The notes below the pieces were generated by a model. That model was not told the origin of the DNA. It saw only the letters and a list, made by a program, of their open reading frames with translations, and did not search any database. A stretch of 64,000 nt of DNA from Chrysomallon squamiferum (lineage: Eukaryota; Animalia; Mollusca). Shown here piece by piece: positions 43,443-57,136 of this stretch (its first letter is position 1; the number at the start of each line of letters is the position of its first letter). The stretch lies in the NCBI GenBank assembly GCA_012295275.1, contig CM022665.1, positions 43,524,001 through 43,588,000 of the forward strand, written 5' to 3'. Made by a program: the position numbers and the translations under genes.

Positions 43443-43600
43443 GGCTGGTGGTTCAGTTGTTAGAATTCTTATGATCATAGTATTGTCTGACAGCATCAGT
43501 CCTTATTGGTGTACATACTGAGCATTTTTCCCAATCCAACTAATTCCCAAAAGCTGTTTTATAAAAGTCGTGGTAAGTGTTGTCCCATTTTAAATACATA
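43443..43600 (+). mobile_element. Decayed SINE 5' half
   Basis: Shares the exact 16-mer TTTCCCAATCCAACTA with the copy at 52561, followed by TATAAAAGTCGTGGTAAGTGTTGTCC (core). Confidence 0.6.
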
Positions 43601-44679
43601 TAAATAAAAATTTGCAGTATTAAAAAACTTTTTTCTTTCTTTCCTTCTCTTCTTTTTTCTTTCATTCATTTCTATTCTTTCTTTCAGAAAATGTTTCTTT
43701 TTTGTTTATTTCTTTCTGTCTTCCATTTCTTCATCTTTCTTTCTTTTAGTATTCATTACTGAAACATTAATTTCACATTAATCCTACTAAAACATAATTT
43801 AATCTGTATCTTTATTATTATTATTACTATTATCATCATCATCATCATCATCATCATCGTTATTGTCATTATTATTATTATTATCATCATCATTGTTATT
43901 ACTATTATCATCATCATCATCAACATTATCATCAACAACATCATCATCATCATCATTATTTCAAATTCCTTTATGCTGTCATATATAACACTTTCAAGCT
44001 TTCTCCAGTGTGTATTTTTCCCAGTAACTTATTTTTTTCAAAGAAAAACCTGCCAAATCCCCACAAAATAACAAAAAAACAACAAAAAATAAATAAAAAA
44101 ACATTTAACAATTTTCAGCATCAAACATTATGTGTGCATTCCAGCCTGTCTTTGTCTGTCTGATTTCATTACATTTGAAATTTCCCCTCATGAGATTTGA
44201 ACCAGGTTACTTCTGGATTCACCGAACCATTGAAAATTGCCCCCCCCATTAGCTGCATGACTGTATTGTGTGTGTGTCTGTCTGTCTGTCTGTCAGTGTG
44301 TCTGTGTGTTTGTCTAGAAGCGTATCCCAATGCAGAGTCTACACTCTTTCATTTCCTTTTGTTACTGTACCTCAGTTTTCAGAGATGATGAGCTGGGATT
44401 GAAGAGAATTTAAATAAAAGGGCGAGGCAGGGTGGGTGGGGCATTTCACGCATATTAAATTTCACTCGTGTGAGCATTGAGCGAATGTTCCCCCCCACAC
44501 ACACACTCACACAGTGAAAACTACCGAAGCTTGTCTTATGGACGACAGGTAGATGCATAAAGACAGGTAAATTAGGTATGGGGGGTGAGGTGTGAGGGTG
44601 GGGGGGTGTGTGGTAGATTTACGATAAAGATTACATTGCAGAGTTGAGTCATAGGCCTGATAATACATTGCTAAATTAA

Positions 44680-45390
44680 ATCCTTGATAAAGAGGACACA
44701 CTGATTTTAGAGGTCACCTGTCTATAAAGGACCTGACTTTCTTTTTATTTAAAAAAAAAAAAAAAAAAAAATTCATCTTTATTTATTTATTTATTTATAA
44801 AGGATATTTTAAACATTTTTTAAATTGATTTTTCTTGTCTTTCTTTAAATATAATTAATAATTAAAAAAAAAAAAATAAAACTACATTTCACAGACAAGA
44901 AATATACTGAATGTTATTATTTAATTAATCTCCATTACAAAGGACACCTTGATATAAAAAGTAATCTCTTTGTAAGTTACAGTCTGAATAAGCATAATAA
45001 ACTGTTTCATTGTTAAGTTACTGCAGTAACAAGGTATCCTCTTTACAGAGGTTTACTTTCCTTTATAAACACTGTGTCTGCAATAAGAAGGTGTGTTTTA
45101 TACAGAAGTTTATTGTTCTTAACAAGATTACAATAACGAGGTGTCCATTAAACAGAGGTTCAGAGAAATTCAAAGTAACTTGATGTCTTTTATACAGGTT
45201 GTGTTCTATAGTCAGTGTCCACAATAAAAAGGAGTCCACTAAACAGAGTTTCACACAATTAACAGTAACCAGAGATCTTTTAAACAGAAATTTAATGTTT
45301 TTACATAACAGCAGCTATCATATAACGAGGTTTCTTCAGAGAACAATGACCACAATAACTGGGTGTCCATTAAACTGAGGTTCACAGGTC
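44680..45390. mobile_element. Decayed non-autonomous DNA transposon with multiplied subterminal inverted motifs
   Basis: Left part carries AGGACAC/AGGTCACCTGTCTATAAAGGAC motifs (44688-44735, 44937-44961); right part carries about six copies of the inverse motif AATAACGAGGTGTCCATTAAACAGAGGTT (45025-45390). Resembles TA-targeting Tc1/mariner-pogo type MITE ends. Confidence 0.5.
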
Positions 45391-45914
45391 TCTGTCCTCA
45401 TTCACTGAAGAGCACCTGATACCTGGGTCACAGAATGATTTCTGATTGAAACTTGAGATTTAGTTTCAGCTATAAACCAACAGGTGAATTTAGCTCTGAT
45501 AACACCCCAGTTTTCAAACAACAGAGGTTGGGGAACACTTACAAGTTAAATGAAGACAGGGTAGTGAGGTGGAAATGGGTGTGGTTTATGTTTCCCTGTG
45601 CTTTAAAATATTTTGAAAAAAAAAGTAACCCCCTTCCTTTTCCAGAACCCCTCAAGAAACACAAACCAAAAAAATCAATCAGATAAAAAAAAAAAAAAAA
45701 AAAAATAAATAAAAAAATTTATGAATTATTTTACATTTTTACATTTTAAAAGTTTAATTATTTATTATATTATTTTTTTTTAATTTTTTTTTTTCCATAA
45801 AGTATTGAATAGAAACGTATAAATCACTTTCATAATTTTTTTTTTTTATTGGTAATCCTGGTATTTTTCATTAAGATACATTTCATCATAATTTGGTTGT
45901 TTTATCATAATCTG

Positions 45915-46275
45915 ATTTCATTCAGATACCACTTAGATACACCTCAAATTAAAACCTTTAAAAATAGTCATTATGATGTAATTTTATCTGATGTTATTTG
46001 ACTTGATACTACTGAGTGACATTATTCATCATATTATCAATCTGATATCATTCAGTATGATGACAATTATTTGATACCATTCATTCAATATCATTCTATC
46101 ACTCTGATACCATTCAACATGATGCTATCAGTCTGATATCATGCAACATCATACTATCTGATACAATTCAACATCACAGTATCTGACATCATTAAACAAG
46201 ATACAAATGAGTCTGATACCACCCAGTATATCATTCATCATCATTATTATGATACTAACCCTGATACAATTCAGG
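45915..46275. repeat. Degenerate ~25-28 bp repeat rich in CTGATA
   Basis: Recurrent TCTGATA(T/C)CATTCA(A/G)(C/T)AT units. Confidence 0.65.
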
Positions 46276-47316
46276 GTGCACAAACAGCCTGCCTGCCTGT
46301 CACACCACACCACACCCACACCCACACCACACCCACTTTCTTTCTACCCACAGAAATCAAAACCTTTTCCCACCACCGTCGATGATCACATTAACCCTTT
46401 CACAGCTGAAGTTCATCTCTCACCTTCATTACTGAGTTATCTTTTCAAAAAACATCTTTTCCAAACAACTGTAAAGAGTCCTGCAAAGAATCCATTGAAA
46501 AAAACAACAACAAGACTTTCTTGGGTTTCCATTTTTCAATAAACCTGAGACAGTTAATTGGATAATTTTTTTTTTTTTTTTTTTTTTTTGATTTTTGAAA
46601 ATAGAGATGAGCAGAATGGATGGACCAGCATGAATCAAGATTCTCTTCTTTCTGCTTGAGAGAGCACAAATAATAGTCTGGAGATGCGTTTTTTGTATGT
46701 GTGTCTGTCTGTGTGTGTGTCTGTCACACATTTTTTTTTATTCACACACGTTCATAGCTTTTGTATTGCATTCGTTTGAGAATTATAATGTTGACCTTTA
46801 ACGTTAAAAAAAAAAAAAGTAATAAAATAAAATAAAAATGGTAAAAAAAAAAGAAAAGAGGAAAAGAAACAAAATAAGAAAAAAAGAAAGAATTTAGACA
46901 GTGGAATAAAATATTCAAATAAATAGCTTGTCAACTAGAACCATTGTCATGGGGTGGTTTGGTATTTCAAGCCAAATCTCACCACGAACAAACACAAAAC
47001 AAAACAAAACAAAAAAACAAAAAATGGATCAAGTACATTTTTACCCTATCATTTAGTTATTTTTGTATCACGACATTGTACTTTACTTTGAATTGTTTTT
47101 CTGATTAAGCAGTGTTGCATGAAGTAATGATTAATGTCAGTGAATTAGACAATGAGAAGAAGAGTTTTAAGTTTCTGGAAATGTGTGTCTAACCTGGACA
47201 CCGTTTGTCAGAATACAAGTATTTCTCTTGTGGTTTTCATGAATCTGAACTTTTTAAATTTGTATTTCAACATTTATTGTTTCAAATTTAAATTTAAATA
47301 CATATATACATGCATT

Positions 47317-47358
<42 letters not shown>

Positions 47359-49183
47359 CAGACAGACAGACAGACACATATAAATTTACATTTAGATATG
47401 TATATTTTTATGGGGAATTAATTTGCCTGGTGTCAGTATGGTATTAAATAGTATGTATACACACACACATATATAAATATATGTAATATTATATATATAT
47501 ATACTTCATGTGTGTATGTTCAGAAGGTTTTTTGTTGTTGTTTTTTCATTTATTTAAAACACAAAATTAATAATAAAATAAAAATCCCTGAAATCCTGGT
47601 TTTTGCTTCTATTCCTGGTGTTAATTTTCAAAGTTAAATCCTCATATTTAACTCTCTAAAAACGCAAGTAAAAGTTAAGACCCACAACCAGAGTTTATTA
47701 CTGAGAAATCTTTCAAGGGGCTTTCTCCTTTAATAAACAGCTAAATAAATTTCTCACGAGAGTTCAGCAAATAAGTGAAAGCGAAGTAAAGATAGGATAT
47801 CTGGCAGTTTGTGTGATGTAACCTGACTTTGAAGTGTCTTGAGCAGACCATAACAGCTTGTTGACTGTTGTATATTATCTTCATGTATGTATGTGTGTGT
47901 GTGTGTACAGGACATGCCTTACTGCAGTTGACAATGTGTGTGAGAAATTAACATGTGTAATATATGACGTATATGTCAGTCGGGGTTTATTAATTTTGTT
48001 TCATGTTGTTGGTTAGTTTTTGACGTTTGTATGGTTGTTTTCTATGTTTTGTTTGATTTTTATTTTTTCTTGTTTGTTAATTTTATATTGTTTTTCAGTA
48101 TTTTTGGTGTTGTTTATTTATTTTTATTTTTTTTTTATTTATCATTTTTCATTTTTGAAATATTAAAAAAAAAATTATTATTATTATTATTTTGGTGTGC
48201 TTTTTGAAAAGAAATATGTGTGTGTATTTAAATGATTGTTTTAAATATATATTTTTTTTATTTTTAAATGTTTTTTTTTTATTTCTTTTAATTATTTGAT
48301 TTTTTTTCCTCTTTTAAATTTTATTGAAGAAAATTTATTCTTACTTTTTTTTTTTTAATCTTTTCTTTAAACCCCAAACCACCACATATTTCTTGCGAAA
48401 AGGAATTTTTCGTATTAGGTTTCATTCACCAAAAACCTGTTCTTTTCTGTCGTTCCAATTAACTGTATACACATGTTTCGTAATTTGTCCACAAATGAAG
48501 ATTGTATTTCACACAGACATGTCAGTTACTGAGTTTATTCCACACACAAAACAGGACTTTTTACATATCCAGCAAAACTACATGAAATTTTATCTTCGTT
48601 TTCAAATGTAACCCATTTGCCATTTCTGTCCTTCGCACGTTTAATTGTGTTTATTGAGTACCTTTTGCCAAAAAATAAAAATAAAAATAAAGAGAATAAA
48701 AATCTAAATAAATTTATAGTTTGTTTTTGACACTGAGGAAACAAAAAAAAAGTTGAAATATATATATATATATTTTTTTTTTTAAACAGATTTTCAGTGA
48801 TATGTAAGTTTATTTATATACAAGTCACTTTACTTATTTATTTTATTTATTATTATTATTATTATTTTTTTTTTTTATTTGTAAGGTATACCTATGGTGG
48901 TAAAAATGTATTTATATATTTACAAGCAAACTTTAATTTAATTTAATTTAATTTAATTTATTTATTTTCAGTTTTTTGGGGGTAATGTATACGCGTGTAA
49001 AAATAAGTTTATGAAGACATTTTTACAATTCCAATGTTTATTTTATTTGCTTCTTCAGTTCCTATTAACATTTATGTGTGACAGAAAAAATATTTAACAG
49101 CATTTTGCAGACTATCTTATTATTATTATTTTATTTTTATTTATTTATTTTTTTTATTTTTTATTATTTATGTAGAACCTTCT

Positions 49184-49219
<36 letters not shown>

Positions 49220-49319
49220 ACCTGTAGTTTGAATAAATAATCCATACAGATTTGATTTCTAAATGCACCTGTAGCATAAATAAACAATCCTTATTGATTT
49301 GTTTATCTCATCTGATTGT

Positions 49320-49362
<43 letters not shown>

Positions 49363-49367
49363 TTTTA

Positions 49368-49404
<37 letters not shown>

Positions 49405-50013
49405 TTTTTTTTTTTTTTTTAATTTATTATTTATATATTGGTATATAAAAAATAGATTAAATTAATTTTATAAACTTGTTTTATTTGGTTGTTCTTACCA
49501 TGCATGTATTTGTTTAATGTGGGGGGTTTTTCTCTGTTATTTATTGTTGTTTACTGTTTCTGTGGTGGATATTAACAAATAACCTAAGTATATTTTACAT
49601 ACAAGTAATTGTTTTTTTTATTTATTTTTTTTTATTTTTGATTGTTTTGTTTTTTTATTTTAGGTTACTCCATCCTTTGGTGATAATAAAGAATAAAAGA
49701 AAATACATGGCTTATTCATATGAGGTACTGATATTACTATTATTTTTGTTGTTGTTGTTGCTATTGTTGTTGTTCTGGTTTTTGTTATTACCATAATTTA
49801 ATTTTTATTATTACTACAAATGTTATTATATTTTATTATTACTATTATTGTTGTTGTTGTTATTATTATTACGTAAAAAAAATATTAATAATAAAATGTT
49901 TATGATAATAAACATGCACTAACAATAACACACACATTTATTACATGCACACATACACACACACATACACACATACACACATATACACATATATACATAG
50001 ACATATATTTAGT

Positions 50014-50210
50014 GTAGATTATCTAACAAATGCATGTGTCAGATTTTATTTCTATGTTATGATGTAATTATGTCAACAGATGTTTATATATACATACATA
50101 CATACATACATACACAGACGTGTGTGTGTATGTGTGTGTTTGTGTGTATATATATGTATTTGCATATATGTCTATATATATATGTGTGTGTGTATATATA
50201 TATATGTATG

Positions 50211-50266
<56 letters not shown>

Positions 50267-50351
50267 GTGTGTGTGTGTATATATGACATCTGTTGACATA
50301 CTTACATAAGTATACAGAATAAAAAATGCATAGATTTGTTAGGTGATCTAC
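50014..50351. repeat. Foldback inverted repeat with ~80-bp arms around a TA/TG microsatellite core
   Basis: TATGTCAACAGATGT (50069-50083) is the exact reverse complement of ACATCTGTTGACATA (50286-50300); outer GTAGATTATCTAACAAAT pairs with ATTTGTTAGGTGATCTAC. Confidence 0.85.
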
Positions 50352-50559
50352 TCAGTGTAATATGATATGTAGACATTCTGATTATATTGGATCTAGTTGT
50401 GTATATAATACCATTAATTATTCACACATGCATAAACATGTATTAAGATATAGTAATTATCATATATGTTCTGTTTCAAAGTCTTACTGTGAATTTTTTA
50501 TATTTTTTGTGTGTTTTTTTGTTTTTGTTTTGTATTTTTTTTTTGCCTTTAAGAAACAT

Positions 50560-51150
50560 TTTAATTTATTTTTGACATGGAATGTTTAATAAAAAATAAA
50601 GTTTTCTTTAAATTTATTTTATGTCATCTATTTGATTTTAATATTATATTTTTAACATTCTATTTATTCTTGAACCAATACCTTTAATAAAAATAAAAAT
50701 TTCATTAAATGTCCTTGAATTATTTATTTAATTAAAATCTTTAACTTTTATGTCATTTCCATTTGACAGTTTAATCAATGCATTACATTATGCCTTTAAT
50801 AATAATAAAATTTTCATTAAATTTCTTTGTATTGTCTATTTGCTTTTTAACAAACATTGTATTTATTCTTAACCCAGTACCTTTAACCAAAATAAAGTTA
50901 TATTTATATTTCACTATACGATTTATTTAATTAAATTTCATTTTTAACATGGTTCCATTAACAAGCATTCCATCCATTTATTTATCTTACACTGAACCTT
51001 TAACAAAAATAAAGTTTTCGTTAAATTTTTTTGTATCATCTATCTAATAAAAATCATTTTCTCTTATTTTAACATGGTTTCCTTTTTAAACAAACATTCT
51101 ATTCATTCTTGATTCCAGCACCTTTAATTACAACAAGTTTTAATTAAACA
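50560..51150. repeat. Degenerate ~100-120 bp tandem array
   Basis: About five copies of AACATTCTATTTATTCTT..CCAGTACCTTTAA..AAAATAAA(G/A)TTTTCATTAAA. Confidence 0.7.
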
Positions 51151-51754
51151 TTTACATTTCTCACTTACTTCCTTACACTTTCGCTCCTCGGTTTCGAATC
51201 AAACGAGTTTATTAGAACCGAGCACTAAGAAGTTTGTTACATTTCCTTGCTTGGTCGACATCGTGGAGCTGAGTTTAAGAGTTTAAAACTTGACGCACTC
51301 GGCGAGGCAGTCGCAGTGGTTGAAACTTACTCGACAACGGCGCGAGCTCGCTTCCGATTTGCCTTCACTTGACTGGGAAGCTGGCTTCAAGTGGTTTTCC
51401 TTTCTCTGCAAGACAATCGCGATTTGTTTGTTTGTTGTGTTGTGTGTAGATGATGTTGAAATGTATGTATATGTGTGTGTGTGTATTTGTGTATATCTTT
51501 ATATTTGTATGTATGTGTTTGTGAGTATGTATGTATGTGTGTATGTTGTATATTGTATAATATGTGTGTGTGTGTGTGTGAGTGTGTATGTATGTGTGTT
51601 TGTGTCTGTGTGTGTGTACGTATGTGACTGTGTGCATGTATGTGTGTATATTTGTATGAATATTTGTGTATGTGTGTGTGTAAGTATACGTGTATACTTG
51701 TCTGTGTGTATTTGTATGTGTATATGTATGTGTATATGTATATGTATGTTGTAT

Positions 51755-51787
<33 letters not shown>

Positions 51788-51906
51788 AGATCAAGATTTC
51801 AGTTTTTAATATATATTTCTCTTCATTCCTAATATAATATCTACTCTACTAATTGTCTCATGTTTTATTTTTGCCATCTCTCTCTCTCTCTGACTCCTCT
51901 CTGACA

Positions 51907-51973
<67 letters not shown>

Positions 51974-52109
51974 ATGTTATTAATATTCACATGACTTTTC
52001 AGTATTGTTCTGAAGAAACTTTACAAGTTTATGCTGTTTGTACCCTTGTGAACTATTGAAATTGTATGCACAGACGCATAATACATCCATTAAACAAACT
52101 CTTGGTGAC

Positions 52110-52207
52110 TTACCACTCATGTGACATAAGTAGTTTCTAATTTACCAGTCATGTGACATAAGCAGTTGGTAATTTACCGGTCATGTGATCCTAAACCAGT
52201 CACATGA
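52110..52207. repeat. 32-bp repeat carrying four TCATGTGA E-boxes
   Basis: TCATGTGA at 52117, 52149 and 52181 (period 32) and inverted TCACATGA at 52200. Confidence 0.85.
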
Positions 52208-52554
52208 TACACAAACACTTGCTAATACCTGCTTAGGTAATATTTTCAAGTTTTTATTATACAGTATTACTGTTATGTAACTTGTAGTTTTGTTGTCAGG
52301 AACACGGTACTTGCCATGTCCACTGTTACGACACTAATTCAGACGACGACAGTTGGTTCATACAGTTTGTGTTTCAGTGTGAAACACGAATTAAACAGAC
52401 TGAACGTAAACTGAACTGTACAGTTCACTGATACATACCATCAGCCTGACTTACTGAAGAACACTGATCTGATCCTCCTAAACAGCAGAATACTAAAATA
52501 TTGAAATATTTCTTCATTATATGTATGCAAACATATAATCAGCTTTGTATTTTT

Positions 52555-52665
52555 CTTCTATTTCCCAATCCAACTAGGGGCTCACAAATGAAATACAACA
52601 GTGTGTGTGGGTGTTTTTTTGTTGTTTTATGGGAAGGTGGAGATAACAAAAATTATTTGCTGCCA
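52555..52665 (+). mobile_element. Decayed SINE core fragment
   Basis: TTTCCCAATCCAACTA ... TTATGGGAAGGTGGAGATAACAAAAATTATTTGCTGC aligns with other copies. Confidence 0.55.
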
Positions 52666-53310
52666 TGTGATTGGAGTTGATGTTGTTGTGGTAGTTGTTG
52701 CATAATCACAGCAGCTGCTGTATTATTTAGGATAAAATTAAAGTGTAGTGACATGGAAGTATTGTTTTGAGTAGTTTTGATGGTAGTAGTTGTAGTAGTA
52801 ATGATAGTGGTCCAAGTAGTAGTAACTGTTGTAGTAGCAGTAATAATAGTACATATAGTGGTAATAATAGTGCAAGAGTGGTAGTTGTAGTAGTAATGAT
52901 AGTGGTCCCAGTAGTAGCTGTATTGGTAGTATTAATAATAATACAAGGTGCAGTAGTTATTAGTAGTAATAATAAATACAAGTAGTAGTGGTGTAGTAGC
53001 AGTAATAATAGTACATATAGTAGTAATAATAGTGATAGTACAAACAGTAGTTATAGTAGTTAGTAGTAGTAATAATAGTACAAGTAGTAGCTGTAGTAAC
53101 AATAATAATAGTAAATAAAGTAATAATATTAGTATAAGGTGTGGAAGTAGTATTTGTATTAAAGAAGTAGTTGTAGTAGTGGTAACAGTTCTCAGAGAGA
53201 AAGTAGTACTGTCAAAAGTTGTAATGTTAATAAAAGTAATATCCATACAACTTGTTAATAAAGGTTATGAAATGTACCAATGTGTCTGTTATAAAATATA
53301 AAAAATTTGA

Positions 53311-53378
53311 AAATGTTCCTATTTTTCACTGACACCAAGAAATTATTTTCCTGGTGTCAATGAAAAACAGGAACGTTT
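53311..53378. repeat. 68-bp near-perfect palindrome (32-bp stem, 4-nt loop)
   Basis: AAATGTTCCTATTTTTCACTGACACCAAGAAA-TTAT-TTTCCTGGTGTCAATGAAAAACAGGAACGTTT; 28 of 32 positions Watson-Crick complementary. Confidence 0.92.
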
Positions 53379-53866
53379 AAAAACATTTAATAATTTTTTC
53401 ATGAAGAATGTGTGTCTGAAATGATAAATGCTTGACATCCAGATAGAAAATAAATCAAAATAGTGTTACTGTTTTAGAAAACATAAATTAAATGTCAGAT
53501 TAAAATAAATTTAATTATTCTTTATTGCATATTAATAGAATTTGCATGATAATTTACAAACAACAACAGAAATAAAAAGAAGAAAAAAATTACTTTATAT
53601 TATTCATAGCTTTAGCTTTCAAAATATATTTTAAAAATATTTTAAAAAATAGTCAATTTCAATATCATCAGCTATTCTGAATGGTTATTATTATTTTAAT
53701 GTTTTTACACATTTTTATATATTTTTTAAATTATTAAATTCTGTTTGCTAGCAGATGTACCCAGTAGACACCAAACAGTTATTGAAAAGTCAAAGTTCTT
53801 TGTTATTGTATTAACCCACTTTTTTTTATTTTTCTGTTATTTTTCCATCTATTTTTTCTTTTTTAG

Positions 53867-53919
<53 letters not shown>

Positions 53920-55324
53920 TCAGTAAAAATAAAAAATTACACAAACCTTTACTGTAAATAAAAATAAATTAAATTTTTTTTTTTTTTTTTTTTTTTTATT
54001 GAAAAACATCTCCACTCTACATAACCTTCATGATGCCTTCACAAAGGTCACCTGAAGTACACAGGTATTGACAAAATTCAAAAATGAGTTACCGTATACC
54101 ATAACAGGATGTTTGTTAAACCAAAGATGGCCAATAAAACCCTCAAAATGTTCACCTCTTTTTTTTTTTTTTTTTTTTTTTCAATTTTTTTTTTCAACAA
54201 AGCTTTCTGCTGCATATGAATTAAACTTTTCGAACTGGGACCTTTAGGAAGAAACCTAATCTAAATTTCCAGGGAATCTATAAGGGCTTCTTTTGTTTGC
54301 ATAGAACAGTGACAGTCTGTGTATTATGATTTTATGATATGCATCGCAGGTAAATAAAAAATCTGGTGTGAGACCGCAGTGTGCAGGTTTGGCAGAATAA
54401 AAAAAAAATGTGTTGTGAGACCCCAATGTTCAGAATAAATAAAAAAAATGATGTCACTCCGGTGAAAAAAGCAAAGATAAAGGTAGAAAAATAAAATAAA
54501 ATAAAAACTTTAATAAATTTTTTTAATTTTTGGTGTTTTTATTCTGTTAGTTCTGCTTTCCATGAAGATTATAGTATTTGATACAAAATGTCTTTGTTTA
54601 TTTATTTATTAAAATGAATATGACATTTAATGCTCCCAGAAATACTTATACAAATATATTCACAGAAATGTAAAATCATAAAAACACACACACACACACA
54701 CACATATTCATACAGACATACATACACACGTACACGAATATATATATATATATATAAAAACACACACTAATAAACACATGTATAAACATGTATGCTAACC
54801 ATACACAATCTATACAAACATAAGCATGTGCATATAGTGATGCATGTATGCACATACACACTAACACACACATACAGACACATGCTCACACATTCAAACA
54901 CACACACTCACAGTGAAACACACACATACAAAGTAAGCACACACATATATTATATACATACACATGTAAATATACACAGACACAGAATATACAAATACAA
55001 ACGTAAAACACATAGACAATATACAGATACATCACAAACACATACATAAACACACTTACTCTCACAAACACATACATAAACACACTCTCTCACAAACATA
55101 TTCACACATACACATTCTTTCTCACACACACTCACACAAACACTTCATCTCACAAACACATACATAAACACACTCTCACAAACATATTCACACACATACT
55201 CACACACACTCACAAAACACACTCACACACATACACAAACACATTCTTTCTCACTCTCTCACTACACACACACACTCACTTTCACACAAACACAGTCACG
55301 CCAGACACATACACATACACACAT

Positions 55325-55372
<48 letters not shown>

Positions 55373-55973
55373 ACATTCTCTCTCTTTCTCTTTTAACCTC
55401 AACTTTTCTCCATTCAGTTTGTGTAAGACAAGAGATACATTTATAACTGATAAAAAATGACAAGTGTGAAAAATAAATGTATAAATTAATGACTTCACCT
55501 TTAATGATTTATCTTTTTCTGTTTATTAAATAATTTTAATATATGTCAGGTGCACAGTTTAAACAAACAATTATATCATAACAAACAGATTAATAAATCT
55601 AATTATGTCCAAAAAATCTGATTTAAATTTTGTCTAGATTTTATTTTTAAATATTTTATTTATGAATTCCCACAGTGAAAGTGTGAATCATTTTAATTAA
55701 TTCTTGAATATTAATATTAAATTCTGTTACGTGGTTTCTGAGTAAAAGATAATTAAATATTAATTAAAAAGTTGTTTTTTTGCTGGTTCACAATGATTAA
55801 TTTTTATCTGACATTTTGAATGTGTGAAGAAAAAGCATATAATATACATTTTGATTAATTATTTTGAATTGTGAAAAAAATTTATTTATTAGTTTTTTTT
55901 TTTTTTTTTTGATTTTTTTTTTATTTATTTATTCATTTTTTTTTTTTTTTTTATTTTATTTATTATTTATTAA

Positions 55974-56005
<32 letters not shown>

Positions 56006-56048
56006 TATTTTTTTTTTTTTTATTACAGTGTTACTTAGCCTAAATATT

Positions 56049-56280
56049 GGGATGTAGCTTACTGGTAGAGCATCCACTCAAAGTGCAATGGGTCCCTGGA
56101 TCTATCCCTCTCAGAGGACTCACTGAATTATTTCACATTCCAGAGCATGCTCCAGAATTGGTGTAACAAAGATTATGGTACGTACTGTTCTGTCTATGGG
56201 CCAGAGCTTATAAAACACTTTTTTTGTTTGACACCCTAAAGCCAATACCCTTTTTTTTTTGTCATTAAATCTTTATTAAT
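56049..56280 (+). mobile_element. tRNA-derived SINE (MetaSINE-like), most complete copy, internally deleted
   Basis: Pol III A-box-like TAGCTTACTGG (56055-56065) and B-box-like GGATCTATCCC (56098-56108), then core TGGTGTAACAAAGATTATGGTACGTACTGTTCTGTCTATGGG..CTTATAAAA and tail TGTTTGACACCCTAAAGCCAAT..GTCATTAAA. Confidence 0.8.
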
Positions 56281-56452
56281 TAATAAAAAATAAAAAAATA
56301 AATAAAAAAAATGATCTTTGTTTTATACCTAAGAGTCAATGCATTTTATATTAAAATATCATTAAACATTCATTTAATTTATTAATTATTATTTTTAATT
56401 TATTTATAAATTTACCTTTTATGATACCAATTTATTATATATTGGGTTGTTG

Positions 56453-56685
56453 TTAAAATATATATTTCAGTCATTAGCAATATTTTTTATTTATTGATTT
56501 CTACATTTACCTTATAAGACACTAATAGTGTAATACATACTAGGATATCATTAAAATATATATTTCATTCATTAGCAATATTTTTTATTTTATTGATTTC
56601 TACATTTACATTATAAGACACTAATAGTGTAATACATACTAGGATATCATTAAAAATATATATTTCATTCATTAGCAATATTTTC
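56453..56685. repeat. Recent ~99-bp tandem duplication (2.3 copies)
   Basis: CATTAGCAATA recurs at 56472, 56570 and 56670 with near-identical intervening sequence. Confidence 0.92.
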
Positions 56686-57115
56686 AATCTTGTACTACAT
56701 TAACAGGCTGTGACACACAATCGAAGGTCTTCCATTCATTTCTTTAATTCAGTTTTCTTCCAATATGGCTTCTTGTCCATCAAACCACATCATTATTCAT
56801 TCCTGTTTGCTGATGTAAACTGATAACTCAAATAAAAATACTTCTGACAAAAGAAAGCACACACCATAATTTCCCAATCCAGCATTCATGTCAAAAACGA
56901 TAAACACTGCCTGACGTAACCGCTAAGTACTGAGTTCAATTCCCGGTGTTTACTTTTCACCGCTAAGTCTACAACATAACAGGCTCAGTTGTGTCAAGCA
57001 TGGACAATTATGGTTGACTTTGTGCTAATATTTATCAAGTACATCATCATCTTCATAACAACAAATTCTGTAAAGTGCCCTGGTGCTGGGAAGGGTGCCA
57101 AAAACAGGTTATGTC

Positions 57116-57136
57116 GGGTGGGTGGGGGTGGGTGGG
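57116..57136 (+). other. Canonical G-quadruplex-forming motif
   Basis: GGGTGGGTGGGGGTGGGTGGG: five G-runs with single-T loops. Confidence 0.7.

Noticed and set aside
56920-56950. tRNA T-loop-like GAGTTCAATTCCCGG
   Set aside because: T-stem does not pair well and there is no A-box or cloverleaf; the tRNA-like head at 56049 is a SINE, not a tRNA gene.
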